Part shown: piece by piece, positions 54,657 to 64,000 of the stretch
Numbering within the stretch: the first letter of the stretch is position 1
Layout: each line of letters begins with the position of its first letter
NCBI RefSeq assembly: GCF_009914755.1
Contig: NC_060936.1
Source of the DNA: the human T2T-CHM13v2.0 reference genome, Homo sapiens
Length of the DNA stretch: 64,000 nt
Direction: 5' to 3' (one strand)
Notes under the pieces: generated by a model
Told to the model about the DNA's origin: nothing
Seen by the model: the letters and a program-made list of their open reading frames with translations, nothing else
The model's database searches: none
Position numbers and translations under genes: made by a program

Positions 54657-57111
54657 AGTTTGCCTTTTGTTCCCCGCTATTCAGCAGTGTTTTAATCGTG
54701 TATCCTCCAACTTACTGGGGCGTGGCGCTCTGTGACTCAGTTTTCATGGTTAGAAAATATGATGGTCACATGCCAACAAAATTCTCCAACTGCTTTCATG
54801 AGGTTTCCTCATCCCTGTGGCCAGGAGGGCTGCATATCACTCCATCCTTGGCGGTGAGGACCAGAGAACCAGGTGCTGATGGGCACAGAGCTGTGCAGCA
54901 GGTCCATGGGCCCCAGGGCTCCTCACTCTTAACCCAAGTGGGTGCCAGAGAAAACTCCCACCTCGACGAGAGGAGGCACAGACACCAGCCTGCCAGGGCC
55001 ACGCACCACAGGTCAGACCCATCCAGGATCTCCTGTGAGCCGTGCTTGTTCCTCTGTGACACAAAATCAGAACAGCAGCCAGTCCCAAAAGAGTTTACAT
55101 CTTGCTTTTTGAGCCAATCAGACCTTTGAACAAAACTTTACCACAGTATATCTGTCCTGTTCCACTTCAGTTTGGAGAGCTGCCCTGACCTTTCTTAATG
55201 AAATGAGACCCTCCTCTTCTTTGGCAAATAATAAACTCAATGTCCGCTCTAACTGGCTTTGGTGCACTTTGTGTTTTTTCTGTGGCATGGGTGTCACCCC
55301 AGTCATCACTGTGGCCAGTGGATAGACACTCCCTTCCGAGGGCTGTCACTAAGCCCCTCCTTCCTGTCTGTTCACCTGGGGAGGTTTTCCCAAGCCCCCC
55401 ACTTCTCAGGGGGAGGCTGCTTTCTTTACCAAGTTGCTCAGAGGTCTCCACTCACAATTCAGTGGCCTCATCGGGTTGGCACTTGTCCACTTGCTTTTCT
55501 AGCTGGGACATTCTCTTCTCTGAAACTGTGGATATGACGAGTGGGCAGAGGAGTTTGTTCCTGTTAAGGTGTTGCTGATGGTGGGGCAATGGTTCCACCT
55601 CCCATTGTTCATCCAGATTCCTTCATCCCCCAAACTCTTCTGGATTTAACCTAATCTTGGAAATCAGAGCCCTGTTTGGCTAACTAGAAAAATCAGAACT
55701 TCTGGGTAAAGTTACCAGACTTTCACTATGGGGAGGAAACAGCTCCAGACTTGAGCTTGCCACTGTCCTTCCTTGACCCCTCTTGGATGGAATAGATGGG
55801 CCCTGTCCCCCTTCCCACCTCCCCAGTCTTCCCTCATGGTGAGAAGAGCTTTTTTTCTGCCTATTAGCCACGATTTGAAGCCAACATTGAAAAAGTTCCG
55901 ATTTCCTCGATCGAGGGGAAGCTCCTGTCAGGGCATCCCAGCCTCACAAACTGAGTGCCTCTCCCAGCCCTGTGTAGCAAATCCAGTGTGCCCTCCTGAA
56001 AGCCTCCTTTGACTGCAAGTGCAGGCATGATTTTTTCTCTTACACCCTCGGAGTCAGGGTCTCTGGAATCCTACCTGCAAATTTATGCAAACACTATGCC
56101 AAAATTTTTGACAAATTTGGCAAAGAAAGGTGTTTTACAGGTGAAGTGCAGCTAACATCTAAAGCGGAACAGAGGGCTGTTTGGGGTGGGGGCCCAGGGG
56201 AGAGTTGAAGCAGAGGAGCAGGGAGAAGGGCAGGGGGTTGGTTGGTGTCTGCAGCAGTGATGGAAGACGCTGGGGCCTTCCTCCTCCCCTGTCTTCCAAG
56301 GTGGGAGCAGAAAGTGTCAGGGACTCCCTGTCTCTTTCTCATGGTGGAGGCATCTTTAGAGCTGGGGTGAGGACGGAATCTCTTAGTCCCTCTTCAGATG
56401 CTCCAGGCACTACATCTGGTGCTGAGAATGAGGTTGAGAGGCCCCCATGCCCTCCGACCCTCCTATGCCATTACGTTCACGTCAAACCCTACCACACCGT
56501 CATTCACTTCACATGAAAGCATTTTAATTGTCCCCTGGGAGGTTAAGCTGTGTGGCTCTTACTTTTCTATGATCCCTCTCTATCAAAGAGCCATTTACCC
56601 TTGAAGTCTTAACATTGGAAGTTTCTTTACTGATCATCTGGTCCAATCCCTCTGTTTTACACATAAGCGAACTAAGACACGAAGTGGCTTACCCCAGTTC
56701 TCAGACCTGGACCCTAAACCAGTCACACCCACTTTTCCAGGTGGCATTACTTCTCGGACCACAGGCCCCCAGCAATCTAGGTGCCCCTTGGGATATCGTG
56801 GGAGCAAAACATGGTTGTCTTCTTTTAAAGAGTCAAGAGTAACTTTGTGAATACACGTCCCTGTCATTCCTAGGAAATTCTGTGAGATCATGGACATCAC
56901 CGGCTTCTAAGTTTGCTTTTCAGAAGACCAGGCAGCTGGGCAGACTGCAGTGGTTACTTGTAGACTTGTAAACAACTTCTGGGCTGTCCAAAACTGCCTA
57001 GTTTTGTGATTGTTTTACCTTTTGGCTGTTCATAGGCAATGATGAAGTTGGAGGTTTGCGGGAGGAAGAGAAAGAAGGGAATGGCAGAATGGGATGTGGG
57101 GGTAATAGAGA

Positions 57112-57300
57112 TACATTTATTGAGCACTAATTATATCCCTGACATTAGGCTTAGTGTATTACCCAATATTATATCCCCATTTTACAGAGCGAGGAAATTA
57201 AGGTTAAGTAATTTGCCCAAGTCTCACAGCTAGCAAGTAAGAAGCTATAGGTTTCAAACTTGGGGCTGTCGGATTTCAGAGCCCAAGCTTGTCACCACCA
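57112..57300 (-). mobile_element. MIR (donor of the copy at 59619)
   Basis: ATTTATTGAGCAC...CCCCATTTTACAGA...AAGTAATTTGCCCAAG. Confidence 0.85.
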
Positions 57301-58251
57301 TGCTCGTGGGGCAATGGTCAAGAGAAAGCCAGGTTACCAGGAAACTTCTGAATGGCCACAGTGAAGAATGACCGTCTTACATCCTGCTGATTAGATGACC
57401 AGTCTTGAAGAGATTTTGAGCATCACAGTGGAAGAGAAGACAGAAGAGGAGGGCAGTTTCCTGTGTTGCTCCGGACTTACCTCAAGTTGCCCACATTTTT
57501 CTGGGGCTGACATATCTTTTTCCAGTAGGTGTGGCCTGAGGGTGTCAGGGCTTTACTTTTGTGCTGGTGCAGGCAGTTTTCAGGCTCATATAAACACCCA
57601 CTCAGCTGTTTATTTATTCATCCAACAAGCATTTCTTAGATACCTCCTCTGTCAATTCTTGAGCTGGTAGGTAAGCATGGTCCCTGACCCAACACATGTA
57701 GTAGCTCAGGTTCAGAGATGCACAACCTAATTCTAGCAAAGCTCTTTGTAGATTATCTGGGGCAGCTCTTACAACCCTTGATCTTTCCCACTTCGCAGCT
57801 ATTCCTGTAGCAGCAGGAAGCTCTACTTTGGAGGAATGGAGAAGAGATGGAAAAGTGAGGCTATGAGCTGGCCTGAAGATTTGGAAAAGGATGTGGAAAC
57901 CAGAGACTAACAAGAGGATTTGGTGGTGTGTGTGATGTCCCTCTCCCTGCTGTGCCATTTCCTTGGGCACTTAAGTTGGGCTCATGATTTAAGGGCCAAC
58001 TGCTCATGTAAAAATCCATCCCAGCATCCTCAGCTCAAATAACTGCCACTTGCCACTTGTCTGCCCCAGCGGAATTAACGGAAGCTGCCAACAGCCCTGC
58101 TGACCTCATTGGATGGAACTGTGTCCTCAGCAGACACAAGCTCCTTCTTCTGAGCGAGACTCCCTCCTATCTCAGAGCAGGAAGTCCTCTCAAGAGGAGT
58201 CCAAGCTTCAGACAGAGAAGCAGGGGCCATTCGTTTATTTACTCTGCTCAG

Positions 58252-59167
58252 TGTTAACCTAAAAGGAAGAGGCTGAGACACAAAGTATAATTTAAAGAGT
58301 TTACTTGAACCAAAACGAGGACAACTGCCTGAAAGACTCTGTCCCAGATACCCTTGGCTGTGAGCTTCCTACAGCCTTTGTTACAAGCAGGTTTTTTAAA
58401 AAACCAAAACAAAACAAAAATAACTTTTATTTTAGGTTCAGGATTACATGTGTAGGTTATACAGATAAACTCATGTCACGAGGGTTTATTGTACAGATTA
58501 TTTCATCACTCAGGTACAAAGCCTAGTACCCAATAGAGTTTTTTCCTCCTCTCCCTCCTCCCAACCTCCATTCTCCGATAGGCCCCAGTGTGTGTTGTTC
58601 CTCTCTTTGTGTCCATGTGTTCTCATCATTTAGTGCCCACTTATAAGTGAGAACTTGCGGTATTTGGTTTTCTGTTCTTGTGTTAGTTTGCTAAGGATGA
58701 TAACCTCCAGCTCCATCCATGCTCCTGCAAAAGACATGCTCTCATTCCTTTTTATGCCGTGAATGTTCATTGCAGCGCTATTTACAATAGCAAAGACATG
58801 GAATCAACCTAAATGCCCTTCAATGACAAATGGGATAAAGAAAATATGGTATATGTACAGCACAAGAAGGTTTTTAAAGGCAAAAGAAGGGGGCAGAGTG
58901 GGCTGGTACTGGGTTGTTCGTTAACCATCTTACTGATTTACAGAAATAACTTAGATGAATGACTTGCTACTCATTGTTAAACTATAGGTGATAGTGTCCA
59001 GTGTGGCATTATTAGAGCTATATGTGGCAATAGCAAGCAGTTTTAAAAAATGAATATATAGCTCAAAAGAAGGAGTGGGACATGATTGCTCTCATTTTAC
59101 TGTCTCTCCAGGCCTGATGACTTAAAAGGACCCACCTTCCTCAGATGAAAGCTCTTTACTTTTTGCA
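58252..59167 (-). mobile_element. ERV1-class solo LTR split by L1
   Basis: TG...CA termini with exact 4-bp TSD TCAG (58248-51, 59168-71); subfamily and strand inferred. Confidence 0.75.
58397..58861 (-). mobile_element. Short L1PA with 5' inversion (twin priming)
   Basis: Minus-strand 3' UTR to ~58757, then plus-strand L1 58758-58861; TSD acaag(c/a)aggttttt. Confidence 0.85.
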
Positions 59168-59618
59168 TCAGGAACTCCCTTTTCTGCTTTCGTTGAGTGT
59201 CAGGATGGGTCCCATGAAGAGCTGCTGGCAGGGACAGACAGAAGCCAAGGAAGTTGAAGTGCTTGGGAGGGGGCAATAGTCCCCTGCCTGCAACCAACAT
59301 TTAAAAGCACTGTCACTTCAGGCTGAAAGTGGTAGAAACCAGTCTGTTAAGTCACACCAAAAAGTATGTGTTAGACAGACCTGGCTAGTCCTTTACCCAG
59401 AGATCTTGTAGCATAACTGCAGGCGGATGGAAAAGACATGGAAAGCATTAATCACTGCACAAGCTTAGGGCTCAGTCCCTTTTGGAGGGTGGTGAGCGGT
59501 AGAAGTGCCTGGAAAATATGTATAGAAACTGTGAAATTGGCAGAAGAAGGCCCTAGAACCTGGGGTTGGGTTACAGTGGGATCAGGGACATCTGGGAGGA
59601 TGGAGACACAAACATCCA

Positions 59619-59723
59619 AATTATATCCCTGACATTATGCTTAGTGTGTTACCCAATATTATATCCCCATTTTACAGACTGAGGAAATTAAGGTTAAGTA
59701 ATTTGCCCGAGTCTCACAGCTAG
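59619..59723 (+). repeat. Local duplication of 57129-57233
   Basis: 100/105 identical, ungapped, offset 2490. Confidence 0.95.
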
Positions 59724-60124
59724 TCTCACTGATGCTGGAAGTGAGACTTCATGAGTGAAACAATTGTGTTACCCTGAGAATTTCTTTCTAATTCCTGGCT
59801 TCAGATTTAAGGTTATGGTTGATGGGGGAAAGTATACACATCCAGACCTGTCTGTCTTGGACTTTTGGAAGATTTTCTCTGGGCTGAAGTTTTTAGCTAG
59901 GTTAAATATCAAGAAAGGCTATAATTGCTTTTTCTCCCTATTGCTGGGAGGTTGGACTTGCATAAAACTCTAGTGGAGGTTCACTGCAGCATAGATGGAA
60001 AAGCACTGGATTTCCATTTTACTCTTGGCTCTGCTGAGCTGTGTACTCTAGGACAAGCCATTTAACTTTTCAGCTGTGCTCTAGAAAGATTTACACCCAT
60101 CTTGCAGGACTCTTAAAATAATTA

Positions 60125-60277
60125 ATTTTAGAGATAGGCTCTTGCTCTGTCACCCAGGCTGGAGTGCAGTGGTGTTGAGGTCATAGTTCACTGTAACCTC
60201 CACCTCCTCTCAAGCAATCCTCCTGCCTCAGCTTCTCCAAGCACTAGAATTACAGGCATGAGCCACTGCACCTGGCC
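60125..60277 (-). mobile_element. Alu monomer (FLAM/FRAM or truncated AluJ)
   Basis: ~150-bp single-arm Alu. Confidence 0.8.
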
Positions 60278-61375
60278 ACAAGACTCTCAATGATTAAGAG
60301 GGAGAATAACCAGGACAAAGATATGTGAACTGTAAAGAGCTGTCATCTTACAATGGTGATGGTGATGATCCCTATACTCCTGGGAGGGTTGATGCACATC
60401 CTCACCTACAGCATTTGTAAGCAGAGGATAATGCTTCCGTCTTGAGGATTCTCATAGCAAAGTTAAAGGTACCAATATTACCGGATGTTTAATATAACTG
60501 GACCCACTGTCTACTGCTTTATGCACAGAAGATACGGGGCGGAGGGAGCCTCTGTTAGCAGCACTGAGGATCTTGGTTACAAATGAGTGGAATGACTAAG
60601 CGGGGAGGGGATCTTTAGCGACCTTTGAGAGCAATGTGAACGGCACGTTATTTTTATTAAGGAACACAAAGCAAACATTAGCAGTGAAAGAAATGCAAAC
60701 CACATCTTGCCTATTTAAAGCAATAAAGGAAGGGAACAAAGTTATACAGACAAAGAGGTGCTTTTGTTTCCCCAGTTATGAATCCTGGTAAAAAAAAAAA
60801 AAAAACTGCACACAAACCACAAAGACAGTCAGGACCTTCACCTCAACTCCTAACGTGCTGTGTTTCCTTAAGAAAAAAAACAAAAACCCTGAAAATAAAG
60901 CAGTGTCACACTTTCTTCAACTTGCTATATAATTTGAGCTTCATGTTTATATTCTTTTGAGAAAATATCAAGACATTACTCGTTCTCTCCTCAGTAGTAG
61001 TTGGTTTTTTTCAGGCATGGAGTGGGGGAGGGTAAATGTAATTTTTCCAAGTACACATGCATTCATTTATTCAATATTTATTACTTATCCTGTGCCAAGC
61101 TGTCTGCTAGATGGGGTTAACAAAAATAAATCCCTGCCCTTAAGGGAAGAAAAGACCCATACCCCGGTATCTGTAGCCTCTACCCCTTAAAAGAAACATC
61201 TGACAGACTTCTGGTTTGGAGCTTGGATACTGACTAATCAGATCTCATCTGCCCTGGCCAACCAGGACTCAACTGTATCAACCAATCAGAACTAAGCAAG
61301 TTTCAATCTTTCATTCGCATAAACAGACCTCATGGGAAACCTGGGTAGGAAATTTTGCTATGAAACCTGACTCCT

Positions 61376-61650
61376 GCTCACACCTGTAATGTCAGCACTT
61401 TAGGAGGCCGAGGTGGGTGGATCACCTGAGGTCTGGAGTTCCAGACCAGCCTGACCAACATAGAGAAACCCTGTCTCTACTAAAAATGCAAAATTAGCCG
61501 GGCGTGGTGGTGCATGCCAGCTACTTGGGAGGCTGAGGCAGGAGAATCGCTTAAACCCAGGAGGCGGAGGTTGCAGTGAGCAGAGATTGCACCATGAGCC
61601 ATTGCACTCCAGCCTGGGCAACGAGAGTGAAACTCTGTCTCAAAAAAAAA
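61376..61650 (+). mobile_element. AluSp
   Basis: Sp-type CCTGACCAACATAGAGAAACC. Confidence 0.9.
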
Positions 61651-61851
61651 AATATATATATATATAATTTTTTTATAAAAAATATATATTTATATATATA
61701 TTTTATAAATATAAATATATTTTTATATATATTTTATAAATATAAAATATATATATTTTTATATAAATATATTTTATAAATATTTATAAAAATAAAAAAA
61801 TATATAATATAAAATATATATTATATATACATTAAATAAAAATAAAATAAA
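61642..61851. repeat. AT-only low-complexity (TA)n expansion of the Alu tail
   Basis: ~210 bp with a single C. Confidence 0.95.
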
Positions 61852-62899
61852 CCCGACTCCTCTCTTTGTTCTCTGAACACACCTACATTTTAACACTGAA
61901 GGCGGGTTTCCCAAGTGTGCAAACTGTCCACTGGAATAAAGTCTCTTTGCTCCAAATTCCTTTTCTGGGAACTTTTGTTTGTGGGGTTTAGAAAGAGGAG
62001 CAGTTATTTCTAGGAAATCTGATGAGTGCCTGGAAAGGAAAGAGTGGGCAATTCTACTGGAAGCAGGTTTGAGCCAGATCACAAGTGGCCCTGGATGATG
62101 GGTTAGGGATTTGTGACTTTATTTTGAAGGCATAGGGAGTCATTGAGGCTTATTGAACAGGGGAGTGCCATGATCACCTGGCTGTAAACAGACGCTGAAA
62201 TTTAGAATCTGATTTTTGAAAACGAACTTATAAGGTAATTACATGGGTGGGTTTGAGGACGACTTGAGGACCTTTCAGAGGGCATAGCCGTTTTGGCTTG
62301 CTGTCCTGCTAATAGCATTTGCTGCTTCTCACTCACACTTTATTTTGGATGGAGAACTCTGCACACATACGCAGGAGGGTTGATTTTTTCTAATTCATCT
62401 CTGTAGCCGGGATAGCTTCTGACGCCTAAGAAATGTAGTCAACACTCCTACCTAAAATGCCCAGAGAGAAACTCTACATAGCTGAAAGGGGGGAGCTAGC
62501 CACTCAGCCCAGAGGTTTCTTCCTAGGAGGAAGGGCACTGACGCAGAAAACTGTAACATGCTGTAGTGACCAGAAGGATGGACCCTCCCTGCACCTGCTG
62601 TGGAGGAGGAAGGTGACGCTGCACTGTGCCAAGCTCTGCCAATCTCGGTTTAAGTCTGGGCATTGCCACTAATTTGCTGTGTGAGCTTGAATAAGTCACA
62701 TTTCTTTTCCAGGACTTAGTCTCTGCATCTGTAAACTGAGAGGTGAGACCGGATGGTGCTGACATCCTGTGGGCTTGTGGGACTGAGTGAGACCTCTGGG
62801 AGCTCTGGTGTGGCCGGTCTGATGATCCCCAAGTTTCTCTCCTTTGACTCTTTGGTGCTGAGGGAGGCAACACAATGAGATGTGCTTTTGTTCAGAACC

Positions 62900-63015
62900 C
62901 CGGCCAGGTCTCACAGTCTGAGTGGAGTCCTGGCCCTGTTGTAGGTTAGTAGTGTGAATCTGGGCAAGTCAGTTAACCTCTCTGAGCCTCTGTTTTCTTT
63001 TCTGAAAAATAATGA
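62900..63015 (+). mobile_element. MIR
   Basis: TGGGCAAGTCAGTTAACCTCTCTGAGCCTCTGTTTTC. Confidence 0.8.
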
Positions 63016-63468
63016 GTCAATGTTCTCTAGCCCAAGAAAAATGGAGGGATGGAAACCAAAATATTAGAGGGAGCTGGCTTCCAATAAGTATGACATTATC
63101 ACTATCAGGCTAAATGGGTTCTTTTTGTGAAAAAAGAAAAGTTAGAGTAACAGATTTTGACAAATACGCTCAACAGCTAGTGACATTATCTTGTTTTGGA
63201 CAATAGCTTGGGCCTTTGACAGTTTTATCAATCTGTCAAAACAGCAGCACTTACTAATCCCTGAGGTATAGAAACAAAGGAAAAAGTTTGTTTAATGTCT
63301 CCTGCATTAAACAAATCGATGTCTCTTTTCTACAAAACAAACTCTTCATGGAGCTCCTTCACTTATTGCTGTATGGAACCTCTCAAATGAACAATCTCAT
63401 TCATGTGAAAATTCCCCAGAGTGGCCACTGTAATTTCAAATGGTCTCTTAAGAAATTGTGTCAGAGAT

Positions 63469-63998
<530 letters not shown>

Positions 63999-64000
63999 TC

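Larger units (their letters stand above)
61140..61982 (+). mobile_element. ERV1-class LTR split by AluSp
   Basis: AACCAATCAG...TGGAATAAAGTCTC; halves rejoin at the Alu TSD aaacc(t/c)gactcc; subfamily and ends uncertain. Confidence 0.6.

Noticed and set aside
63215-63240. 8-bp inverted repeat TTTGACAG...CTGTCAAA
   Set aside because: Short enough to arise by chance; no supporting context

Overview
Primate (very probably human) non-coding genomic DNA dominated by interspersed repeats. No intact protein-coding gene, RNA gene or CRISPR array is supported. The ORF track is almost entirely Alu, L1 or ERV read-through, or chance ORFs. Main repeats: a full-length THE1 (MaLR) element inside an old L1; a four-level nest (MER2 > Tigger3 > THE1 LTR > locally copied DNA); a complete two-LTR, 8.06-kb LTR2/HERV-E-type (Harlequin-like) mosaic provirus with tRNA-Glu PBS (18903-26959, minus); a Charlie1 hAT transposon hosting three later insertions; about 14 Alus; and L2, MIR and solo ERV LTRs. 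Two signals are not explained by repeats. (1) A 130-bp muscle-type motif module (MEF2 + MCAT/TEAD + E-box + perfect CArG, 33054-33182) sits just downstream of a strong splice donor and a candidate short exon. (2) Two independent locally templated insertions, each copied from 2.1-2.5 kb upstream and carrying a fold-back hairpin at its junction, resemble polymerase-theta or template-switch repair scars. Repeat subfamily names come from recalled consensus similarity, not from a RepeatMasker run, and I could not identify the locus.
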